The position numbers and the translations under genes were made by a program. Under the pieces are notes generated by a model that saw only the letters and a program-made list of their open reading frames with translations, was not told where the DNA came from and did no database searches. Positions 8,570-18,481 of a stretch of 64,000 bases of DNA are shown in pieces. The stretch's first letter is position 1. Every line of letters begins with the position of its first letter. Origin of the DNA: Vulcanimicrobiota bacterium. Its GTDB lineage: Bacteria > Vulcanimicrobiota > Vulcanimicrobiia > Vulcanimicrobiales > Vulcanimicrobiaceae. The DNA is taken from the NCBI GenBank assembly GCA_963812155.1, contig CAWETW010000002.1:352001-416000 (forward strand). Reading direction: 5' to 3'.

Positions 8570-11146
8570 CGTACCAGTTGCGACCCGACTTGAGGGTAAC
8601 TTCGAGCGGAACCGAGAGTTCCATCGCCGATTCCATGTGGTTTCGAACGAGATTGCCGACGTCGTCTCGCTGCGCGGCGGCGACTTCGAAGATCAGCTCG
8701 TCGTGAATTTGGAGCAGCATGGTCGCGTCCAAGCCCGATGCGCACAAGGCGCCGTCGACGTTCACCATCGCGAGCTTCATGAGGTCCGCGGCACTGCCTT
8801 GCAGCGGCGCGTTGGTCGCTTCGCGTTCGGCGGCGGCGCGCAGCATGTAGTTTCCCGACGTCAGCCCCGGCATGTAGCGGCGCCGCCCCAGAATCGTCGA
8901 GACGTAGCCGTTGCGGCGGCCGTCCTCGAGCGTTCGGTCGATGTAGGCACGCACCGACGGAAAGCGCGCGAAGTACGCGGTCGTGATCTCCTTGGCTTCG
9001 GCGCGCCCGATCTCGAGACGCTGCGCCAATCCGAAATCCGACATGCCGTAGAGGAGGCCGAAGTTCACGCTCTTGGCCATGCGCCGCTGATTGGCGTCGA
9101 CCCGCTCGCCGCCGGCGACGTTGAAGATTTGGCGCGCCGTGAAATCGTGAATGTCTTGCCCTTCCTCGAACGCGGCGCGCATCGCTTCGTCGCCCGAGAG
9201 GTGCGCCATGAGCCGCAGTTCGATTTGGCTGTAGTCGGCGGCCAGCAGCACGTAGCCGTCGCGCGCGACGAAGGCCCGGCGAATGCGGCGCCCGAGATCG
9301 CCGCGCACCGGAATGTTCTGCAGGTTCGGGTTGGTCGACGATAGCCGCCCGGTCGCCGTCGCCGTCTGATTGAAGACCGTGTGCAACCGTCCGTCGCGCG
9401 GGTCGACCAACTGCGGGATCACGTCGATGTAGGTATTCTTGAGCTTCGTCACTTCGCGCCATTCCAGCACCAGCGCGCAAATCGGGTACTCGCGCGCGAG
9501 CCCCTGCAGCACTTCGACGCCGGTGGCCCAGCCGGTCTTCGTCTTCTTGCCGCCCGGGATCGCGAGCTTCCCGAAGAGCACGTTTCCGAGCTGCTGCGGC
9601 GATCCGATGTTGAACTCTTCGCCGGCAAAGTCGAAGATCTGCCGCGCGAGACGCACCGCCGCATCGTCGACTTCGCGCCCGACCGCGCGCAGTTCCTCGG
9701 GATCGACGGCGATGCCGGCGCTCTCCATCCGGGCGAGAATCGGCGCGAGCGGAACCTCGACGTCTTCGTAAAGCCGTAGCTGATCGCGTTGCTCGAGCAG
9801 CGGGCGAGTTTCTCGATCATCTGCAGCGCCGCATCGGCGTGCGCCGCGGCCTCGCCCGGAACGCCGGAGTGCAAATGCGCGGCCGCCGCATCCTCGAGAT
9901 CGGAAGATCCTCGCGACGGATCGAGCAGGTGCGCGGCGATCATCGCGTCGTCGGCGAATCGCGTGTCGCGCACGCCGCCGTCGCGCAGCACGCGTGCGAC
10001 GCGTTTTGCGTCGTACGCGCCGGCGCGCCGCTTCCTCAAAAATCGACTGCACCGCGTCGCGCACGGCAGGTCTGCGCGAGCGCGCCGGCAGCGAACCCAA
10101 TGCCCGTACCGGCAGCCCCGCTCGCGCCGACGGCATCGCCGAGCACGGCGAAAGCGACGTACGGCGCCTTCGCGAGGGCGCGCAACGCTTCGGCGAGCTG
10201 CGCGAATTCCGGCGGATCGACCGAGGCGACGTAACTACGGTAGTCCCCTTCGAGCGTCTCCCGCCGGCGAAGAGCGGCAGATCGGCCGGCGGCTGCAGCT
10301 TCGCGAGCAGCGTCTTGAATTCGAGTTCGCTGTAGAGCGGATAGAGCTCCGCATCCGGAGGCCGTTCGTACGGCTCGATTCCCAATCGACGTGCAGCGGC
10401 AGATCGCGGCGCACGATCGAGACGGCGCGGCAGAAGCACGCCTGCTCGCCGTAGTCTTCGACGAGTTTCTGCAGCTTCGGGTTTCCCGCAAGCTCCGGGA
10501 TCGGCGACGAGCGCGTCGAGCGAACCGGCCGCTTGCAGCAGTTTGATCGCCGTCTTTTCGCCGACACCCGGGATGCCGGGCAGGTTATCCGACGGATCGC
10601 CTTTCAGTCCGCGATAGTCGGGCAGTTGCGCCGGCTCGCAACCCGAATCGTTCGCGCACGGCGGCGGGATCGTACCGGCCGAGATCGGTGATCCCGCGCC
10701 GCGTCGTCAGCACGGTCGTCCGATCGTCGACGATCTGCAGCAGATCGAGATCGCCGGTGACGACGACGGTTTGTTCGCCGGCCTCTTCGGCTTGACGCGC
10801 GAGCGTCGCGATGACGTCGTCGGCTTCCTGGCCTTCGATCTCGACGATCGGAATGCGATGCGCCGCGAGAATCTGGCGCACCAAGCGCAAACTGGCTGCG
10901 CAAATCGTCGGGCATCGCGTCACGCTGCGCCTTGTACTCCTTGTACAGCGCGACGCGTTCGGCCGGCATTCCTTTATCGAATGCGGCGATGACGTGCGTC
11001 GGCTTCTCGTCGGTGATGAGCTTGTTCAGCATCATCGTGAAGCCGTACGCGGCGTTGATCGGCACGCCGCGCGTCGTCGTCAGCCGCGGCAACGCAAAGA
11101 ACGCGCGATAGACCAACCCGTACGTGTCGAGCAGCATCAGGCTCAT
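8547..11146 (-). CDS. polA: DNA polymerase I; multiple indels
   Basis: LLDTYGLVYRAFFA, EADDVIATLA, TGDLD 5'-3' exonuclease; ATGRLSSTNPNLQNIP, ADYSQIELR, AKSVNFGLLYG, QIHDEL polymerase motifs. Confidence 0.96.
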
Positions 11147-11158
11147 GCGATTCGACGC

Positions 11159-13533
11159 CTATCGTACGACGACGCTCGAGGATCGCGGCGCGACACGCGG
11201 CCGTCGTCGGAAATCTCGAGCACCGAGAGCGTATACCGTCCGCTCTGCGCGGGCATCTGCACCGCGAAGGCATCCCCGCCGGCGCGCACGACGCTCCACG
11301 ACACCACTTGCGTTTCGGCCTCGCGAGAGCGAGATCCTTGCGGCGGCTGCGTGCGGCGAACGAATCCGAGCACTTGCGCGTGATCGCCGGTCGAATCGAC
11401 CCACGGATGCCACGTCACTCCGGCCGGCGCGCTGCTCTGCGTCGACGCCAAACCGATCGCCAGCAGCGCCGGTGCCGAGTCGAACAGCGCGCTGCCGGAC
11501 GGCTCGCCGCGGCTGATGCGCACGACGACCGTTCCGCGTCGCCGGCGCCGCGCCGCGGAACGACACCTTCGCGGATTCACCGGGCGCGAAGCTTCCGTGC
11601 CATCGATCGCGAGCGAGACGAGTTGCGGCCGGCCGGGCGCTTCGAGCAGCAGCGGCACCGTCGTCCACTCGATCGCGCCGTCGCGCACGAACGCCGCTCC
11701 GACGCGCAGTTCGCCGGTCGCATCGCTCGCGCGATAGTGCGCTCGCGCGTGCCACCGCCGGCGCCGGCCACGTTGGCTTGCACGCCGAGCGCGCTCTCGA
11801 GCGTGAGCAGCGCGTCGCCGGACGATTGCGGCGCCTGCGCGTCGAGCACGACGTCGTCGCCGCTGCGATAGAGCGTTTTTTCGAGCGAGACGCGCACGTC
11901 GGCGCTGCCCCCGCCCGGCGCCGAGCCGACTGCGTGCGCATCGACGAGCACGGCGGCCGCATCCGTCGCGGTGCCTTGCGTCTCGACGCTTGCGAAAAGC
12001 AGATTCGTTCCCGGCGGCGGGCATCGAAGCTGCCGCGCGCGTGACCGTCGGCATCGAGCGTCGAGTTGTTGCTGCGCGACGGTCGCGCCGTGCGCGAGGC
12101 GCACGGTGACGGCCGCTCCGGCGAGCGGCTTCCCGATCGGCGACGTCGTTTGCGTACACGTCGAAGCCGACCGGCGTCGCGAGCGTTTGCTCGTCGCGGT
12201 CGAGCTGCAAACGCACGGCGGCGCGCGACGTCGGAACGACGATGCGCGTGTCGGCCGTCGCGCCGCCGGATTCGACGCGAACGCCGTAGGTCGACGCGAG
12301 TTCGTCGTTCGGTCGAGGGATCGTCACCGTCACGGCGCCGTCGGCGCCGGTGCGAATCGATTCGTCGATCCAAATGGTCGTCGCCCACGGCACGTCTTCG
12401 GAAACGTATCCGACGTAGACGTGCGGCGAGCGAACGACGGTCACGTGCACGATCGCATCGCCGCGCGAGGAACGAACCGTCAACGGCACGTCGTGATTGG
12501 GATCGCACGAACCGCCGCACGGCGCTGCGGCATCGAGCGAGAGGCCGGCAGCGTTGGCGTCGACGTGCACGGTCGCGCCGCCGACGCCGTCGTCGACTTG
12601 CGCGAGCACCGCGTAATCTCCGGCGGCGGCGGTGGCCGGTACGGCAAACGACGTTTCGAACGCGCCGGCCGCATCGAGCGGTACGCGGCGCTCGCCGACG
12701 AGCCTCGCTCCCAAGCGCAGCGATACGTTGGCGCTTCCGCCGCTCGGACGTAGCGCGTTGCCGGCGCGGCTGCGTGCGAAACCGACGATCCGAACGGTAT
12801 CGCCCGCGTGCACGACAGCCGAGTCGAGGCGCACGCCGACGATCGTCGTCGGCAGCGGCGCTTGCGGCAGGAGGCTCAGGAACGCATAGCTGTTGCCCCA
12901 TTGCGCGAGCGCGAAGACCGGACGCGGCGAACGCCGCCATTGCACCATTCCATTTCCATCCGTCGCCGTCGTTTCGAACTTGTCGTTCACGACGAACTGC
13001 ACGCGCATTCGCGGCAGCGCGCGACCGGTGCCCAAATCGGTGCCGTAGACGAGCAGCGCGCCCGGCGTTTCCTTCGAAACGAGCCCGACGCGCGTGCGAT
13101 TGATCCACACTTGTTCGCCGACGTCGCCGCGGCGCGCCTCGACGACGAAAAAGCCCTCGCGCGAACCGAGCTGCACGTCGATCTCGTTCGATTGAAACTG
13201 ATAGCCCCCGGGAGGCGTAAACGTGAACGAAACGACCGGACGGCGTCCGCGCGTCGAAATTGCGCGCGGACGCGCGTTGGAACCGGCCGTCAGCACGTCG
13301 ATCGGATCGACTTGATACACGGAAAAGAGTACCGGCGCGCTCGAATAGGTATCCAAGCGGACCGCCGTCGGCTTCCACGGCACGTTGGAATCGCCGGCAA
13401 ACAATGCAAAGTATGCGTCGAGCCGATGCGGATCGACGATCGAGCGCTCGGCACGAACCGGCAGCGCGCTCAGCGTAAACGCGAGCGCGAGGAGCCATAC
13501 GGCGCGCAGGGTCACGACGGCTGCTTCGTTCAA
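11159..13533 (-). CDS. Secreted protein with alpha-2-macroglobulin-like MG domains, no visible thioester domain; several indels
   Basis: Signal peptide, MG2-like 'VHAGDTVRIVG' and 'LDAAGAFETSFAVP...GDYAV', 'LEKTLYRSGDDV'; reconstructed from ORFs 11143-13713, 11577-12104 and the tail of 11159-13723. Confidence 0.6.
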
Positions 13534-13619
13534 CGCCCTGCGACCGCCTAGTGTCCCAGTAGCCTCGAGCCGAACCCGTGAAGGTCGCGGCCCGGAGCGC
13601 GCGTAAGCGCTCGCAGGAT

Positions 13620-14168
13620 ATGAAGAAATCGTGCCTGGGTGCCGTCGGCCTCGCCGTGCTTGCGTTTGCATGTGCGCCTGCGCTCGCCGACACGACGCCG
13701 AAGCCGAGCGCATCGCCGCACATGATTAAAATTCCGCCGCCGCACCCTCCGCCGGTGGCGCTTCATGCCGAGTACGTGGTCGAGGTCAACAAAATGGGTC
13801 AGGTCGTGCGCATTAAATCGGGAAAGGGCACCAAGTACCCGAGTTTCAATTCGCAAACGTACGGCAACGCGTTGCAAATGTGGATCCGCAAGGCCGACGG
13901 TACCGCGGTGGTCGGTCTCTTCAAAGTGACCTACGACTACAATCCGAAAAACCACGCGATTTCGCGACGCGTCGCGCTGCTTTCGACCGGCGGGAATTGG
14001 GCCAACCAGCCCGGCGCGGCCAACGTCATGATCGACACGGCGAAGAAAGAAGCGCAAGAGGCGGCGAAACAAAAACAGCAGCAGCAACAGAAGCTGCCGT
14101 CGCTCAACACCATCACGGGCGGAAAGTCTCCCGCACCCAGCCCGCAGCCGACGATTCCGCACCGGTAG
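13620..14168 (+). CDS. Hypothetical secreted protein (Pro-rich linker, possible TonB-C-like domain)
   Basis: RBS AGGA + ATG 13620, signal peptide ending ALA, PPPHPPP, YVVEVNKMGQVVRI. Confidence 0.65.
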   Translation: MKKSCLGAVGLAVLAFACAPALADTTPKPSASPHMIKIPPPHPPPVALHAEYVVEVNKMGQVVRIKSGKGTKYPSFNSQTYGNALQMWIRKADGTAVVGLFKVTYDYNPKNHAISRRVALLSTGGNWANQPGAANVMIDTAKKEAQEAAKQKQQQQQKLPSLNTITGGKSPAPSPQPTIPHR

Positions 14169-14194
14169 TGCCGCAGTAGTTTGGCGGCCCGGCG

Positions 14195-15040
14195 ATGCGA
14201 TTCGTAACGTACTCGTATGGCGGCACGACGTCGCCCGGCGTCCTCGAAGGTGACCGCGTGCGACCGATCTCGACGGAAACGCTGCGCGACTACGTCGCGC
14301 TCGCCCCGCACGAGCGAATCGCATGGCACTCGGCCGAGGATCCGGTGCCGCTGCGCGAAGTGCGCCTGGAAGCGCCGCTACAGCCGGCGCGCAACGTCTT
14401 CTGCGTCGGCCGGAACTATCTCGACCACGCGAAGGAAGGAGCGCGCGCGTTCGGACGCGAGCTGAAGCTTCCGTCCGCCCCGACGTTCTTTACCAAGGCG
14501 CCGACGGCGATCTCCGCGCCCGGCGCGACGCTGCATCTGCCCGCGAGTCTTTCCGCCGAGTACGACTTCGAAGCCGAGCTGGCGGTCGTCATCGGCGCAA
14601 AGTGCAAAGACGTTTCCGTCGAGGACGCTCCGCACGTCGTGTTCGGCTATACGGCGCTCAACGACGTCACCGCTCGCAACATTCAACGCGAGCGCGGCCA
14701 ATGGTTCAAAGGGAAGAGCCTCGACGAAAGCTGCCCGCTCGGACCGTGGATCGTTTCGCGCGACGAAATCGACGACCCGCAGCAACTGGCGATCGCTTTT
14801 CGTCTCAACGGCGTCGAGAAGCAGCACGGCAACACGGCCGACATGCTTTTCCCGGTTGCCGCGATCGTTGCCGAGTTGAGCAAAGGCATGACGCTCTTAC
14901 CGGGCGACGTTATCGCGACCGGAACGCCCGCGGGCGTCGGATTCGCACGAACGCCGCCGGAGTTTTTGACCGACGGCGACGTCATGGAAGTCGAGATCGA
15001 GCGAATCGGCGTGCTGCGCAACGCCGTTTCGATCGCGTAA
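14195..15040 (+). CDS. Fumarylacetoacetate hydrolase family protein
   Basis: CVGRNY, DFEAELAVVIG, NDVTAR, KGKSLD, GDVIATGTPAGVG. Confidence 0.95.
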   Translation: MRFVTYSYGGTTSPGVLEGDRVRPISTETLRDYVALAPHERIAWHSAEDPVPLREVRLEAPLQPARNVFCVGRNYLDHAKEGARAFGRELKLPSAPTFFTKAPTAISAPGATLHLPASLSAEYDFEAELAVVIGAKCKDVSVEDAPHVVFGYTALNDVTARNIQRERGQWFKGKSLDESCPLGPWIVSRDEIDDPQQLAIAFRLNGVEKQHGNTADMLFPVAAIVAELSKGMTLLPGDVIATGTPAGVGFARTPPEFLTDGDVMEVEIERIGVLRNAVSIA

Positions 15041-15097
15041 CCAACGTTTTCCGTCGTGTAGGGAGTCTCCAACCCCAAGCCGTATCAAAGGTTCCCT

Positions 15098-16219
15098 ATG
15101 ATCGTCGCCGTCCCACGTGAGCCGGGCGCTCGCGAGCGCCGGGTTGCGCTCGTGCCAGAAACCGTTGCAAGACTGGTCAAATCCGGGGTCGCGGTGCGCA
15201 TCGCGCGCGGTGCGGGCAACGCAGCGGCGTTTCCCGACGAACTCTACGAGAAAGCGGGCGCGGCCGTGGTCGACGGCGTGCACGATCTGGTCGGCGGCGC
15301 CGGCGCGGTGGTGTGCGTCGGACGCCCGAGTCCCGAGCTGCTCGCGGCGCTCGAACCCGGCACCATCGTCGTCGGCTTTCTCAATCCGCTCGGCGACCCG
15401 CCCTACGTCGAGTCGTTGGCGAACGCCGGCGTCAGCGCGCTGGCGATGGAGATGATTCCCCGGATTACGCGCGCGCAAGCGATGGACGCTCTCTCGTCGC
15501 AGAGCAACATCGCGGGGTATAAAGCCGTCCTGCTGGCCGCCGCCGCGCTGCCGAAGTTTTTTCCGATGCTCACCACCGCCGCGGGAACGATTCCGCCGGC
15601 GAAGGTGCTCGTGCTCGGCGCCGGAGTCGCGGGTCTGCAAGCGATCGCGACCGCCCGGCGTTTAGGCGCCGTGGTGAGCGGCTACGACGTGCGCGCGGCC
15701 GTCAAAGAACAAGTGCAATCGCTCGGCGCGACGTTTCTCGAGTTCGATCTCGGTGCGGATGCCGAGGGCGCCGGCGGTTATGCCAAAGAACTCACGCCGG
15801 AACAACAGGAACGGCAGCGCGCGTGGATGGTCGAACAGATCGGCATCAACGACGTCGTTATCACCACGGCGCTCGTTCCGGGGCGCAAAGCGCCGATTCT
15901 CGTCAGCGCCGCGGCGGTCGCAGCGATGAAGCCCGGCAGCGCGATCGTGGATCTCGCGGCCGAGGCCGGCGGAAACTGCGAACTCACCGTCGCCGATGAA
16001 ATCGTCACGTCGCCGAACGGCGTCACCATCGTCGGTACGACGAATTTGCCGTCGACGATGCCGTATCATGCGAGCCAGCTCTACTCGCGCAACGTCTTCG
16101 CCCTGCTGTCGCCGTGGCTGAAGGACGGGGAGATTACCATTGACATGAACGACGACGTTGCCAAGGGCGCGTGCGTCGCCGCCGGCGGACGCGTCTTAAA
16201 AGGAGGAAACGCCTCGTGA
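15098..16219 (+). CDS. pntAA: NAD(P) transhydrogenase alpha subunit part 1
   Basis: ERRVALVPE, RITRAQAMDALSSQSNIAGYKAV, GAGVAGLQAIATA. Confidence 0.96.
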   Translation: MIVAVPREPGARERRVALVPETVARLVKSGVAVRIARGAGNAAAFPDELYEKAGAAVVDGVHDLVGGAGAVVCVGRPSPELLAALEPGTIVVGFLNPLGDPPYVESLANAGVSALAMEMIPRITRAQAMDALSSQSNIAGYKAVLLAAAALPKFFPMLTTAAGTIPPAKVLVLGAGVAGLQAIATARRLGAVVSGYDVRAAVKEQVQSLGATFLEFDLGADAEGAGGYAKELTPEQQERQRAWMVEQIGINDVVITTALVPGRKAPILVSAAAVAAMKPGSAIVDLAAEAGGNCELTVADEIVTSPNGVTIVGTTNLPSTMPYHASQLYSRNVFALLSPWLKDGEITIDMNDDVAKGACVAAGGRVLKGGNAS

Positions 16220-16530
16220 ACGATGCCTCGCACTACGTCAGCCTTTTGACCGTTCTGGTGCTGGCGGTTTTCGTCGGGTTCGAAGTCATTTCGAAGGTTC
16301 CGACGACGCTGCACACACCGCTGATGTCGGCCACGAACGCGATTCACGGCATCGTGCTCGCCGGCGCCATCGTCATCGTCGCGCAGCTCTTTGGAGCCGA
16401 CGTCAACACGCCGGGGTTTACGGTGCTGGCAATCGTGGCAGTGATGCTCGGCGCGATCAACGTCTTCGGCGGATTCGCGGTGACCGAGCGCATGCTGCAA
16501 ATGTTCCGGCGCAAAGAAAGCGGCAAATGA
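16216..16530 (+). CDS. pntAB: NAD(P) transhydrogenase alpha subunit part 2
   Basis: LHTPLMSATNAIHG, NVFGGFAVTERMLQMF; GTG start, SD AGGAGG. Confidence 0.95.
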   Translation: MNDASHYVSLLTVLVLAVFVGFEVISKVPTTLHTPLMSATNAIHGIVLAGAIVIVAQLFGADVNTPGFTVLAIVAVMLGAINVFGGFAVTERMLQMFRRKESGK

Positions 16531-17930
16531 CCTCAGGCGCCTTGGCCATCGCCCTCTTCGATTTGGTCGCCATCGGGCTCTTCATCTACGGCCTCCACGA
16601 TCTGAATTCGCCGGCGACGGCACGGCGCGGTAATCGTTTGGCGATGCTCGGCATGTTCATCGCGCTAGTCAGCGTCTTGGTGCAGACGCTCGGCGTCGGA
16701 TGGTGGGCGATTGCCGTCGGCACGATCGTCGGTGCGGTCGTCGGCATCGTCGCCGCGGTCAAGGTCAAGATGACCGCGATGCCGCAGATGGTGGCGCTCT
16801 ACAACGGCGCCGGCGGCGGCGCGGCGGCATTGATTTCAACCGTCGAGTTTTACGTTTCGCGGCACGGCACCGTGTCGATCGACGACGTCATCGCGATTTC
16901 GCTCGTGCTTTCCGCCATTATCGGCGCGGTCAGCTTCGCCGGCTCGATCGTTGCATTTCTCAAACTGCAAGAGGTGATGACCGGCCGGCCGGTGACCTAT
17001 CCGGGCCAGCAGTTCGTCAACGCGCTCGTGGCGCTCGGCATCGTCGCGCTGGGAGCGTGGTTCGTCGCAACGCTCGGCGCGCTGCCGATGTGGGGATTTG
17101 CGGCGCTGTTGCTGGCGGCGTTGATGCTCGGCGTCCTCTTCGTCTTGCCGATCGGCGGCGCGGACATGCCGGTCGTCATCTCGCTGCTCAACTCGTTTAC
17201 GGGTTTGGCGGTCGCGATCACCGGTTTCGAGCTGTCCAGCACGCTGCTGATCATCTGCGGTGCGCTGGTCGGCGCGAGCGGCACGCTGCTGACCGTATTG
17301 ATGGGGCACGCGATGAATCGTCCGCTCACCAACGTGCTGTTCGGCGCGTTCGGCGCCAAGGGCGGAATGGAGGTCGCGACCGGCGGCGGCGGCCCGCAAC
17401 AGATTCGCAGCGCAAGCGCCGACGACGTCGCGATCATGCTTGCCTACGCGGGGAAGGTCATCTTCGTGCCCGGCTACGGCATGGCCGTCGCGCAAGCACA
17501 GCACAGCGTCAAAGCGCTCGCGGATCAGTTGGAGAAACGCGGCGTCAAGGTGCTCTACGCCATCCATCCGGTCGCGGGCCGCATGCCGGGCCACATGAAC
17601 GTGCTGCTCGCCGAGGCGAACGTGCCGTACAATCAACTGCTCGACATGGAGGACGTCAACCCGGAGTTCGCCACCACCGACGTCGCGCTGGTGATCGGCG
17701 CGAACGACGTGACGAATCCGGCCGCGCGTAACGTCCAGAGTTCTCCGATCTACGGCATGCCGATTCTCGACGTCGACAAAGCCGCCAACGTCGTCGTGCT
17801 CAAACGCTCGATGCGTTCGGGCTTTGCCGGCATCGAAAATCCGCTGTACGAGATGCCGAACTGTTCGATGCTCTTCGGCGACGCGAAAGCGTCGGTTGAT
17901 TCGCTGACCGCCGCCGTCAAAGCACTATAG
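16527..17930 (+). CDS. pntB: NAD(P) transhydrogenase beta subunit
   Basis: MTAMPQMVA, IGGADMPVVISLLNS, HPVAGRMPGHMNVLLAEA. Confidence 0.97.
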   Translation: MTSGALAIALFDLVAIGLFIYGLHDLNSPATARRGNRLAMLGMFIALVSVLVQTLGVGWWAIAVGTIVGAVVGIVAAVKVKMTAMPQMVALYNGAGGGAAALISTVEFYVSRHGTVSIDDVIAISLVLSAIIGAVSFAGSIVAFLKLQEVMTGRPVTYPGQQFVNALVALGIVALGAWFVATLGALPMWGFAALLLAALMLGVLFVLPIGGADMPVVISLLNSFTGLAVAITGFELSSTLLIICGALVGASGTLLTVLMGHAMNRPLTNVLFGAFGAKGGMEVATGGGGPQQIRSASADDVAIMLAYAGKVIFVPGYGMAVAQAQHSVKALADQLEKRGVKVLYAIHPVAGRMPGHMNVLLAEANVPYNQLLDMEDVNPEFATTDVALVIGANDVTNPAARNVQSSPIYGMPILDVDKAANVVVLKRSMRSGFAGIENPLYEMPNCSMLFGDAKASVDSLTAAVKAL

Positions 17931-18462
17931 CGTCTTCCTCAAACAGCACGTCGTAGCGGAGTGTATTTTCGGGCGTAACGCGGACGCCGGCGGTCGGCTG
18001 GTGCGGTCGGAGCGAGCCGTCGTGCATCAGGTGGCCCACCTCGAGGCCGTGCAGCAGTTGCGCCGCGTCGGCAATGAGCCGCCGGTGGCAGCGCCACCAC
18101 AGCGATTCCGAGCACATCACGGCGGTTTGCGCGTCTTTCGCATCCGCAAGCAGTTGCGCTAACGCATTCGCGAACTCGCCGGTTTCCATGTAGTCTGCAT
18201 AGCCGCGAAACGACGGATGACGCAGTGCGACGTTGGGGCTTTCCGGCCGCGCCTTGCGGAAGCCGCCCAGCCGGGGCTCCCAGCGATACGCCGCCGCCGC
18301 CGCTGACGGAATCCATCGCTCCATCTCTTCCCGCCCGAACTGCGGATGGCGGCGGCTCTTGGGCACGGTTCGAACGTCGATCAGCGATGCGATCGACGCG
18401 CCGACAATCAAGTGCGCGAGTTGGTCCGACGTCGCGGTTCCGTGACCTAGCGTAATGAGCAA
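17917..18462 (-). CDS. DUF488 family protein
   Basis: TLGHG, IDVRTVPKSRRHPQF, MCSESLWWRCHRRLIAD. Confidence 0.9.
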   Translation of the reverse strand: MLITLGHGTATSDQLAHLIVGASIASLIDVRTVPKSRRHPQFGREEMERWIPSAAAAAYRWEPRLGGFRKARPESPNVALRHPSFRGYADYMETGEFANALAQLLADAKDAQTAVMCSESLWWRCHRRLIADAAQLLHGLEVGHLMHDGSLRPHQPTAGVRVTPENTLRYDVLFEEDAIVL

Positions 18463-18481
18463 GCCGCGCTCCCTGCGACCG

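Noticed and set aside
6040..11146. rpsA, mutM and polA as pseudogenes or programmed frameshifts
   Set aside because: Core genes with intact motifs, several scattered indels each and no consistent slippery sites; assembly error is more likely
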